Shown in pieces: positions 53,120 to 64,000 of a stretch of DNA of 64,000 nucleotides. A program made the translations under genes and the position numbers. The notes beneath the pieces were generated by a model. That model saw only the letters and a program-made list of their open reading frames with translations. It was not told the DNA's origin and did not search any database. Source of the DNA: Parasitella parasitica NRRL 2501 (Eukaryota; Fungi; Mucoromycota); NCBI GenBank assembly GCA_025201805.1, contig MU619331.1, positions 1 to 64,000 of the forward strand, in the 5' to 3' direction. How positions within the stretch are numbered: position 1 is the first letter of the stretch; each line of letters opens with the position of its first letter.

Positions 53120-55162
53120 TGTATTTATAAGAAAATTGTAACTATGAATAATGCGGTGCAGTGATCTTCAAATTATCGTTCCAAAGCAATAATATGCGCG
53201 CTCGCTACCTGTTTTCAGACACAATTATGTGTAGTGTTATTTATACTGAGGCATCATAATAACAATTGAAATTGACAATACAGTTTACATAATTATACGA
53301 ATCACTTACCATTGCAGGGTTATCCTTTTTTTTTTAGAGGGTCAAACGATTAATCCTGTTTGTGCCTTCAGAAAAGAGAGCCACATTATTCTCCTGTTGC
53401 TCTATAAAAACATCAGTTAGCTATCACAAGGCCAAACCATAAGATAGCTATTCCTGAATGTACTGTACGATAGAACTCAAGTTTAGGATTTTAAACATGC
53501 TCTTAAAAAGCTATTTAAACTTGAGCAACCACTATTGATATAAACACTCATTTGTGTCTCTCAAAATTGTAGTAGTATGCTTTAGTTGATCGCGTATGAC
53601 GTCTTGATAGCGCCATCTTCGCAACATTACATTATCCATTCATGTCAAAAATAGCAAGGATGTAACAATAGTGATTTATCAGAGTGAGAAATTATTCTAA
53701 TAAAATGGTTGTGAATTAATCAGGTAAATATTTCGTTAATTACATGGAAAAGATGATGGTTTATATACTAGTGAATTTAAGTGGGATAAGATATAAGTGT
53801 GATTTAGAGAATGGAACGATAGATTGTATCTATTGTCCATGAACATGTCATGTTGAGTTATAAATAGGGAACATCATCCATTGGGATTTGTTCCTGGATT
53901 GTGAGTTACTTGAGTTTGACTTTCGGTTGGGAAATTGACACATGAAACAGTAGTACATGGCTAAGAAGACTATACAAAATCTTTTTATGCTAGCTGTTAT
54001 GTCAAAATAAGTCAATGAAAATGAATCTGCTTGAGATTTACACTATATTAGAAATACATCTTTTGGTAGTATTTTACAAACCAACATTATGTGCTAACGT
54101 CATAATTTACGACTGTAACAAAGGTTTAGTATTTAGAGCATGCGGTGGAGATCCCCGATTTACCTACGCACATTGGCTTTAGCTCTTTGCTCTGAATACA
54201 AGCCTTATAGCATGTTATTGATATAGCATTTCCGGATATACCTATTCTTCTATTTTACATAAAAGAGAAGATTGGGTACGATGTCTCCCCGACATCCCTC
54301 GATCTGACCTTGATGTAATCTTTGAATAAGCCTAGAAGCTTACAAGAGGTTCAATTACAACCTGTAGCTTATTCCTTATTTGTAAAAGAATTACTAACAA
54401 TTAATATCATGATCCTTACATTATAACTTTAGATATGATATAAGTTGCCTTTTTATGGACACAACATATCTGATTGGTTTTCTAAAGAAAAATTTAGTGT
54501 TAACAGCATAAACCATCTCTCCCTACGACAACTTTATTGTTTCTGATCAAGAATAGCCTTTATACAGATGATCCAAGCAATTAAAATTAAATAATGCCGC
54601 GGGATAGATTCTCACGCACATTGTCATATTCGACCAAGCGATAGGTTATATTCTATTATATAATTATTACAAATACTGTTCAACATTATCGTACAAGATA
54701 ACATCGTTAGTTAACATTTATGCTTGTATTTGAATATATAAAAAATGTGTCATAACTGTAAATTGACGAGGTATTTCTCTGCAACATTTACAACAAAATT
54801 TAACTCAATGATGAAGGACTGATGAGAGCTTTTATTATGTAGATCCAGTTGGAACTTGTGTTCTCCTTAACAAATCACTTGTGAATAAACTGTGGAATAA
54901 ACCGATGAAGCCGAAAAAATAAAAAGAAGCTTCAGCAATAGTAAAAGAAAAAGAAACAGTGCATAGTTATTTGGCTTATGCTACATCTTGTTTTGATTTC
55001 TCTCAAGCTGCGCAATTACGCAGGAAATTATTTTGTACACCTTAATTTAACTATCACACGAATTGATATTAAAAATCTCCCCACCACCACCCCTTCTCTT
55101 TGTTTTTATTTTACTTCCTTTTTCTTTACCCTCTTGTGTATTATAATATAAAAATAAATAAA

Positions 55163-56341
55163 ATGAAACGACGATTTCCGCCTTGTATATTGATATTCTG
55201 CTTTTTACTATTAAATTGTATAAAAGGACAGCTACTACTAAATCCCTCCAAAACAACAATGAAAAACGGCCTGATAGCTCGAGACAATGATCATAATAAC
55301 GACGATGATAAACTTAGCAATGGACAAAACAAGGACGGTGATAACGATAGAGATAGAGATAAAAAAAATAATCAGGAACAAGTTACAACAGAAGTCAACA
55401 TTATCTACACTACTATTGTCTACACATCAGCTCCAACAGCTGTATCTTCAGCTGCAACATCTTCACCTTTACCAAGCATGTACAACGTGTCTAATACAGG
55501 ATCTGCTCACCAAGAACAACAGCCACAGCAGAAATCACCATCTTCCTCGTCAAATTTAGACGATCCGAATAAAAAAGAAGATCTGGCAGAGAGCCTCAAA
55601 GATGATCAGCAAGCATTGAAGCGAATGATTATGATATTATCCCTTGTGGGCGGATTAGGTGCGATTGCTGTAGTTGCAACTATAGTAATATTCACGAGGA
55701 TGAGAGTAAAAAATAGAAAACAGCGAGAAATTGACCAAGAAGGACACGAAGGCTCGACATTTGAATTAAGTGCTGATGTAGATCGACGTTCGTCCAACTC
55801 GAATACGAGTGAATCAGATAATAATGACAGAAGGAGCGGTGGAGGGGCACAGGGCTCATTATTAGGTTCAAATTCACCAAGTGTGTCTATATCTTCAACT
55901 GCATCATTGGCGAATGGTAGGACATTAACTGAACCATCAGCGCCACCGGCGCTCCTGATGATTGACGGATTGGAACCCTTGCATAGAAATCGACGCAATA
56001 TTATATCCATGAGCTCGCAGACTACAGCTCCTTCGCCATCAGCACCTACAGCCAAGGAATTAGACGCTATGGAAGAAGATGAAAATAACGGAGCAACTTC
56101 ATCCACGTCGTATAACCAGCATATACTTCACCACGGCCATCATCATCATCAACAACAAATAAATAGCTGTTCAAGATGCACACCCATGATGATGGCACCT
56201 GAATTACCGCCGCCGGCCTATACACCGAGTGCACCACCACATTACGCTCTACCAATAGAAGCGACTGTGATAGAAACATCCCCCTCTTCTTCGTCAAGTA
56301 TGTCACCATTACCTTCAAGGAGACATTCGTTGGGAGGTTAG
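55163..56341 (+). CDS. Type I single-pass membrane protein with signal peptide and PY motifs
   Basis: Signal-like MKRRFPPCILIFCFLLLNCIKG, S/T-rich segment, TM helix IMILSLVGGLGAIAVVATIVIF followed by a basic stop-transfer, cytosolic PSAP, PPPAY and PPHY. Confidence 0.8.
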   Translation: MKRRFPPCILIFCFLLLNCIKGQLLLNPSKTTMKNGLIARDNDHNNDDDKLSNGQNKDGDNDRDRDKKNNQEQVTTEVNIIYTTIVYTSAPTAVSSAATSSPLPSMYNVSNTGSAHQEQQPQQKSPSSSSNLDDPNKKEDLAESLKDDQQALKRMIMILSLVGGLGAIAVVATIVIFTRMRVKNRKQREIDQEGHEGSTFELSADVDRRSSNSNTSESDNNDRRSGGGAQGSLLGSNSPSVSISSTASLANGRTLTEPSAPPALLMIDGLEPLHRNRRNIISMSSQTTAPSPSAPTAKELDAMEEDENNGATSSTSYNQHILHHGHHHHQQQINSCSRCTPMMMAPELPPPAYTPSAPPHYALPIEATVIETSPSSSSSMSPLPSRRHSLGG

Positions 56342-56705
56342 ACTGCTGGCACAGAAATATCAGGGGAGAGGATACTGATATTCCCTTTTCCTGTTCCCTG
56401 TTGCTGTAAAATTCATTATACATGACATATACCCAACTACTATTTAATAAATGTACAGCAAACATGCCGCTGTAGGCTCATTATACAACTCGCCATGTTC
56501 GTTTTAATATCATCTACACAGTGTTGCCTCCATAGGATTGCCAATCGTCAAATGTTGCCATGCATGTATCTCCTTACAAAGCATCTCCTGACTGTCTACA
56601 AATCATCTCCTTTTCGTAAACTTATATAAAGCGTTCAAGAACCTTCAATCTCTCGGTTTCGACACTTTCTCATCCTTTCTTTGTCTTGCTACTTTGTTTT
56701 GAAAA

Positions 56706-56975
56706 ATGTTTAAACTCGTCTTGGTGGTCGCTCTGTTCTCTGTCATCATCACATTAGGCCAAGCTGGTAGTTATCATCGAAGCGCAGTTCTCAAAAGAGA
56801 AGAAGAATTCTGTGACATTTCTTGTCCAGACCAAACTTGTATAAATAGCTGCTATCGTAGCTTGGAAGCACACAGATTGAGTGTAGACAACATTCCTTCG
56901 CGCAACGTCTCTGCTGTATGCCACGACGGTTACTGTTTTTGTGGTTTCGAGGCTTGTCTTGATGGTCAGTGCTAA
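56706..56975 (+). CDS. Small secreted Cys-rich peptide precursor, defensin (CS-alpha-beta)-like
   Basis: Signal peptide, KR (Kex2-type) site, mature part with CxxxC and CxC spacing; TATAAA about 80 nt upstream. Confidence 0.72.
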   Translation: MFKLVLVVALFSVIITLGQAGSYHRSAVLKREEEFCDISCPDQTCINSCYRSLEAHRLSVDNIPSRNVSAVCHDGYCFCGFEACLDGQC

Positions 56976-57279
56976 GACTGGTGACTGTAATAATACACTA
57001 TAAAATTAAATAAATTTTTGTTGCTTGATCAAACCACATTTGTTTATGAGTAATCTACTGCCAAAATCACTATTTTCTGCCTCTACTCTGAAAAGAGAGC
57101 CAGTTGAAGAGACGTTGGGTAAAGAAATTAACTGACATTGATTCATAGTCCTAATACCGCTCGCTATAGAGTCGCATCCATCATCACAGCAGCAACAAAA
57201 AAGACAGAGACACAACAATAAAGTTACTGCTTCCTCGCAGCAACCTCACTCCATCAAAACACCTGTCGACTCACCTTTC

Positions 57280-59137
57280 ATGGATCCAAAAAGATCGATC
57301 CGCAGCAAGGGCAGATTAGCGAATGATCTGCAAAACACAGACGACAGTGGCAATGACGACAGTTGTAGTAGCAACAATAGTAGTAGCAGTAGTAGTAGCA
57401 GTAGTAGTAGTAGTAATGAAGAGGAAGAGGAAGATATTGAGATGAAAATGCTACGGCAGGATCATGTGTCTGTGTCGCACATCAACCATACCATGCACCA
57501 TCTGCTATTAAAGGTATAGTATTTCTTGCTGTGGTGGTATACTGCATTTTGGACTGAAGGTTAAAAACAGCTCGAACGACAGCAATCAAAACAAAATCGT
57601 TACCTTGCAAAACTTAAACAGATCAGCAAGTCAATTAAGAAAACTAGTCGACTGATCGGATACAATGCGAATTTGTTATCTGAGCAATGCAGCACCGCAA
57701 CAACAAAGAATATGCCTGCCACTCTTATACCAGCTCCTCAGCTTGCGAAAAGATCTGTACCATTCTCAGCAAGGATAAAACAAACAAAATCTACACAGGA
57801 CACAAACAGCAATGGTGATGGTAGTACCGAAAGGGAGGCACTTCCAGATGTGATGATAGTGAGCCCAGAACCCCCACAAATAGTGCTACCACCTGCACAA
57901 CATCCAGGTCCTCGCCCAGCCTCTAGATTCCCAAAACCCAAGCATCTATCTAACAGGGATTTCAAGGAAATTGGATTCGGCCGTAGTCAGCTCATGGACA
58001 TCTACACTCTTCGTAGGAAACATGGAGACGTAGTATTCAATAAAAAGCCACGATCTTTGCTGTACAACATAACTGATGGTAGTTTGAACAATGGCATGAA
58101 TGAGCTCATGATTACGACATCTTTGGATGGAGAGTTGCAATTCTGGAACGCTGCTGAAAGAAGAAAGATTAAAACGATCGGCAAAGACCACATCTACGAT
58201 TCTTGGATTGATGATATATGCTGGGCCACGCCTACCACATTGGCATTTTGCCCCCCACAGAAATCAGACGAGCCTGTCAAACTGGTCCACATTGGTAACG
58301 TGACCAAAACGAATGTAGAAGGCCGCATTCAGACACTGGAGGAGTCTCCTCATGATAACGGCATTTCGGTCATTGGATCATTGGAAACTGGCGATTACAA
58401 CACAAGGAATACCGAGAAATGTAGCTTTGTTACAGGTGGATATGACAAAAGCGTCTACCTCTGGAGTCTCAAGAGAGAATCCCCTGATGATAATTTCACA
58501 TCAACTGGTATTTCTAGGCTGAACATCAAACACACGTCTGCCGTTTATTCACTCTGTTATGACAGATTCAAAAACGTGCTATTGTCTGGCGGTGCTGATG
58601 AGAGACTGGTGCTATTTGACATTCAAGCAAATACATCACTTCGAGAATTAAGACTGGCACAGCGTGTCAGTCAGATAATTCAGAGTAAGGCCAATCCAAA
58701 TATTATGCTCATCACGTAAGTCTCTCACAACTTCATGATGTAATTTTATACTTAATGAAAATAATAGCTCTACGCTTCGCTCTGAGCAATTTTATATTTA
58801 TGACCAACGGATGCCTGGCTATGATGGCATCAAATTAAGATTTGGTCAGCATGAATCAGAAACACTTTCAAGATTCACGAAGCCTGATATGCATGAAAAT
58901 GGTTATGTTGTGTGTTGTGGGCATCAAAGCTCATCTAAGCTTAATTTTTGGGATCTGCGATTTACGGATGTTCATAAATCAATATCATTTAGTATGGATA
59001 CGCCATCTACCACTCGCATTCTTCGATCTATGTTTATACCTAACACTGAAACAATTGTCTCTCTCTCTTCGTCCCGTACCATGAGCTGGTTGGATTATAA
59101 CGTCAAAAAAGATGAGGTTGTTAAATGTCTGGTTTGA
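57280..59137 (+). CDS. WD40-repeat protein; 3 exons
   Basis: TSLDGELQFWN, VTGGYDKSVYLWS, LSGGADERLVLFD, KLNFWDLR. Confidence 0.82.
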
Positions 59138-59192
59138 ATAAATGCTTTGCAATTTAGATTACGTATTTATTACAGTTTGACTCTTTAATAGA

Positions 59193-59248
<56 letters not shown>

Positions 59249-59254
59249 AAGAGA
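59193..59254. repeat. Compound (GT)n(GA)n microsatellite
   Basis: Directly visible between two convergent 3' ends. Confidence 0.95.
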
Positions 59255-59342
59255 ATATTACAGATGTAGAATATAGTGATGAAAAAGGGGTTTATCATTA
59301 ATATGTTTGATTTTGTATACTTTTTTTGTAGGATAACACAAT

Positions 59343-60500
59343 TTACTCTTCTTCTAGCAAAACATTGTCTTGCTGCTGCTGTTGCTGTTGCTGCTGTTGC
59401 TGTAAGACGCCACGAAGACGACGTTCTTTCTCACTTTCAAGCTGTCCGTACAGAAGATAAAGCGCCCTCTCGTTAGACTCCATGGTTCCTTGAATAGTAA
59501 ACATTCGTTCGCCAGATTCATCATGAGGCGTTTTAGCAATGGATATGTGAGATCCCGATAATTGACGAATCTCTGAAATCTTTGATCCACCTTTACCAAT
59601 GATACAGCCTACCATATCGCTTGGAATAGAAATCTGTTGTGTGCGAACATCAGCATTGGATGGGGGTTGTTGTGGTTGTGGAGGCTGGAACGATGTGCGA
59701 CGAGATGATGACGATAAAGATGATGAAAGATCTGTTTGATTGAAATCCGCACCGTTGCCGGTGCGAGTAAATGAAGCACGTCTATCGCTTACGGTCGAAA
59801 CCTTGGTTGGATTATACAAAATTGTACCATAAGCTCTATCTTTGTCCTCAATAAGACAAGCACCGATCTCTGAAATGGCTTGCAAAAGTGCCTCGACTGT
59901 ACCGCGTACTTCAACAACGCGTTCTGTGCTCTGAGGCAATAGCGTTTTACTTGCTGTCATGCGAACGCCTGAATTATCTTGGATCTGCTTGATCTTGGCA
60001 CCCTGTCTTCCGATTACTGTACCCATCAAGTTGTGCGATATTAACAATCGCAAAGTAGCCACGGAATTGATAGCCGTAGAGCTATTAATAGCATCTTGGG
60101 GTACAGATGGCGCGTTGTTAGCAGTGATGCCATCCATAGTGGCCCCAGCAGTTGGATTATCTATCACGGTGCGGGCAATTAATGAATAGGCCTAATCAAT
60201 GCTTATTAGCATTCAGCAGCAAACGGGCAATATATATATATTTATATATCCTACCATGGCAACGCCCTCCGGAGTACCACTCACTGTCAGCACACGATCA
60301 TGAACACCTTGAATCACTTTGGAAACACCAGCTTTTACACCAGTTTCTTCTCTTAATTCGGCGACATTTTTACCTCCTTTCCCAATAATCACACCTGCCT
60401 CTCTTGTAGAAACCAAAGCGCGGAGCGTAAGCTGATCCTCTTGGTTAGAATATGATTGTTGTTCAGATACGGCAGAGTTGTCGTCTTGATGCTCAGGCAT
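59343..60500 (-). CDS. Triple KH-domain RNA-binding protein (PCBP/hnRNP K, Pbp2/Hek2-like); 2 exons
   Basis: Three GxxG loops: VIIGKGGKNV, TVIGRQGAKI, CIIGKGGSKI. Confidence 0.9.
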
Positions 60501-60618
60501 TTTACACTTGAGAAAAATAGAGAGAGTGAGAGAGGAAAGAAAGTAGAAAAACGAAAAAATATACAGAGGATATTAAAATTTTTAGGGTGATATGGTAATA
60601 CAAGATTTAGATATTTTA

Positions 60619-62063
60619 TTAAATACAGCTAGTACAAAACACTATGGAGAATCCCTGTTCATCCTGTCTCATTTTAGCAGCAGAATCCAGTTGTTTACAG
60701 CATTTAGTACACGATAGACACTTTTTATGCCATCGAGTAGCCAGAGGACCAGGCGTATCTTCCATAATTGAAATACTAGTCTGGCATTTGGGACATGTCT
60801 TGGATCCCCCCAGCTTGGGTGACCTTCGTTTTGGCACCATGCTGAATGCATGGCAAGCATGGCAGAATGGGTTGCCGTTGACTTCAAAGACTGGCTCCCC
60901 TAGATTGATCTTACAGCCATTAGCGTGACATTTGAAGCAATCGAAATGGTAGGATTTGTTGTTGAATTTGAAGGCATCTTGTTTGATGGGTCTGTCACAG
61001 CTGTAGCAGTATCGGTCGCACTGTGAATGATAAAACGTCCTTCCATCTGTGGTACATTCGCCATCTTTGAAGGGCAAATGACATTTACTACAGAGAAAAC
61101 AAGATTTGTGAAACCATGCATATTGTTCTGGAGATCCAATTGCAATTTTGATCTTTTTGCGTGTAGCATCCCCCAGTGGTTCATGGCAGTGATGGCAAGG
61201 CTTTTGTGATAATGATGATTTTTTAGGTGTGGCTACAGGTGTAGATTGAGAGGATCTAGGTGGTATAAACATCGATGTGAGGCCGTGGTTTCTATTTGAT
61301 TTGGTGGGTATATATTCTTTTTCTCGGTTATCTGGAGACGGCGTTCTTGACAGGGGAGGGGTGATTGACAAATCTTGGAGTTTTGATTGAAGGGATCTAT
61401 CCATTGAAGTGCAATTATTCTGGCCATATCGTCCGGTGCCAGCTTGAGCCATAAAGCATGGTTCACAGCACGGACGGTTCTGTAAATCGACTAGCGGATT
61501 GGCATCAAGTTGTCTTTTACATTTGAAACAAACAAAGCATCCTGTGTGCCAGCATTTTTTGGAATACTCAATATAGCTTTGACTGCTCGAAACAGGCTTA
61601 TGGCATGCTGGACTATAGGCAGATTAGGCGGCAGTCTAGAATATTGTGTTTATACATACCATCCACCTTTGCTAAACAGTTTTGAATGGCAGTCTTTGCA
61701 GTAAGAAAGCTTGTCTTCCGTAACAACTTGTTTGTATTCCAATATTTTGCTACAGCAAGTGCATAATTTACTAATGGGATCATAGAATGCTGACTGAGTA
61801 ACTGGGATTCTTTTGGCAGAAGGAGATTTAGGCGAAATATTTGTTGGGGATAGTATTGTGCCTGCATACTGCGATTGCCATCTATCAATTACCGACACTC
61901 CACCCTCAGACATGATGGAACTGATTGTGGATTCTATTTCGTTTTTAACATTAGAACACAAATCTTCAGCCAGAAGAGAATTCTATACTTTACGAACTGA
62001 TCTTCCACCACATTTGCCACATTTTGTATCTGCAAGTTCACCACAGTGTTTACAAAATCCCAT
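60619..62063 (-). CDS. Multi-LIM-domain protein; multi-exon
   Basis: N-terminal MGFCKHCGE..KCGKCGG; LIM patterns CHHC..FHKSCFLCSKC, CYSC..YHFDCFKC, CPKC..WHKKCLSCTKC. Confidence 0.85.
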
Positions 62064-62219
62064 TGGAAATAATAAAAGATAAGAATAAAACGAAAAAAAA
62101 AAGGGGGGCAACATCTAATGACAAGCTAATTTATATTACAACAGACATTAGAAAACATTCCCAAAATGGTACAAAAACAACATTGTGTTTTTTATGGCAA
62201 CTTGTATACAATCAATATT

Positions 62220-62822
62220 TTATTCCATTATATTAGAAACACCTTTTTCGACGAATTGTTTGTCTTCTTCTACAGGTTCCTCGTCCTCCTCTGTCAAAGT
62301 CTCCAAAAAGAATTCCGCGACCTTTTCATGATTTCTTTGTTGTGCTTCGTATATGGGGGAGTGGTTCATGTTATTTTTAGTCTATTTTCGATATGAGCAT
62401 TAAGATCATCCATCAATCTCTTTGAAAGACTATCGCAATACCTTGCAATTTCCTCCTGCTTTGACCAAAGCCTTGACTACATCTAAATGACCGTTCAGAG
62501 CAGCCCAATGAAGCGGTGTGTTGCCTTCCGCATTCTGGGTGTCGATTAATTCAGCTTTAGTTTTATCATCCAAATCAGCAAGCTTCTCGACAATGTATTT
62601 CACGATATCTAGTAAAAAAAAATCAAAAAGGTGCCCAGTGTCATATCGACATACTGTCTTACCAATATGGTTATTGGCACTAGCCATGTGCAGAGCCGTC
62701 TTTCCAGATTCATCCTTTTCGACAAAATCTTTGGGCGAAGCCTTGATTTCCTTTAGATGCTCCAGCTCACCTGCACGAGCATAGTATATGATATCGTCTA
62801 ACATTTCTTGATAATCTGTCAT
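62220..62822 (-). CDS. YAR1: Ankyrin-repeat protein Yar1 (Rps3 chaperone)-like; 3 exons
   Basis: DDIIYYARAGEL, GKTALHMASANNH, NAEGNTPLHWAALNGHLDVVK, acidic tail. Confidence 0.85.
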
Positions 62823-64000
62823 TTTTATGCAATATGAGATAAAAGAGTATACTTTTGTTGAGATTGACAGGTTGATTTGTAAAAAAAATTGTTGAAAATT
62901 GAGGCTTTGATTCTTCTGTTGTGATATGCTCTCCGACGCTTTGTTTTGATCTTGTTACGCATGATACCAAATAATAATATCGAGAAGTTTGTAACCTGTT
63001 GATCCAAAATTCTCATTGTCTTCGTTTTTATATATACATAGAAAAACAACATATCTGTTTATGAGATGCTGCCATGATAATTAAAACGATGTAGAAAAAT
63101 TTTGATACAATTCTGTCTCTGATGATAATCTTGTTTAACAATAACAGGCGCAAGAGTCTGTCAAACAAATTTAAAGAGTAAGGCTTTTATTATCCATTGA
63201 TATTTACAGTATTAAACATTCATCCAAACCACACAAGGTGTATATGCGCAAGTTGGTGAAAGAAAAACAGGCATTTTTTCAAGCTTAAGAATGCGCAATG
63301 TCTGTCACTTTTGCGTATCGAAACGCACCCAAGAGATTTGGAGAGGAACAGATAACTGCTCGCAAGCTGAAGACACTCCAACTATTGGACATTACCACGC
63401 GCTCAAATGATTAGGCATTCAACCGACGGCCTCTGCTGGTTGCAACTTCGATCTGCAAGTGATTGGTTGATGGGATAGCCTTGAAGATCTTACTATCACA
63501 TACAATGACGAACGGCTATCCGTCGAAGTGCCGCCCTAAACATGCAATTGGCTCGAATATGTCTTTTTTCTAAATACATCAATCTCAAGCCATATGTATA
63601 GTATTCGATTACGGATATTCTAAGCGAACTGGATCTTGATTTTTGTGGTTCATTAATCAATTTCTGTCCTTTCCAAGGCTGTTCGTAACTTTATTTTCGG
63701 AAGAACCTCAATTCCATGGCAAATTTCTAAACTAATTTACAATTTAAAATCGAATATGCGCAAGAGTGCTGATGACTTTACGAATTCACCCAAATCCTAA
63801 ACGGTTACATCTCTCTGAATTAAATGGATCAAATCTTTCCGAAATTAACGTGGAAGACCCTTACTACAATGAAGGACCTGACCTTACAGCTCCTATTCGG
63901 TAACTGAACATATCCATCGATTTGACGATTAGTTTGGAAATGGAGATGAAGAGAATGAAGAGAATGAGAGAAGTTTTATGCTTGGCAGGTTTTTGTCCGG

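Noticed and set aside
63180-64000. Leu-rich coding-like fragments, possible F-box/LRR pseudogene
   Set aside because: Many stops and no diagnostic motif; cannot be supported.

Overview
Gene-dense, AT-rich eukaryotic DNA with many short (~50-70 nt) GT-AG introns. Gene content and intron style fit an early-diverging fungus, most likely Mucorales (inferred). About 27 genes can be modelled. Housekeeping genes include a mitochondrial carrier, PFK, THI4, HIBCH, ETP1/BRAP2, NRAMP, RPL24, a KduD-like SDR, a P4-ATPase, RPS23, YOP1, Wee1, KRI1, WD40, KH, LIM and YAR1 proteins. There are also a type III glutamine synthetase, intronless bacterial-looking enzymes (two tandem GNATs, an isochorismatase-family hydrolase), small Cys-rich secreted proteins, an OYE pseudogene, a Tc1/IS630 remnant and two assembly gaps. 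The most interesting signals are at RNA level: (1) a TPP riboswitch aptamer in the THI4 3' UTR next to a candidate alternative 3' splice site; (2) directly downstream, a non-coding array of 3-4 degenerate structured modules with compensatory base changes; (3) an apparently obligatory 1-nt exon in RPL24; (4) a long-range stem closing the long RPS23 intron. Gene models were spliced by eye and no database searches were run.
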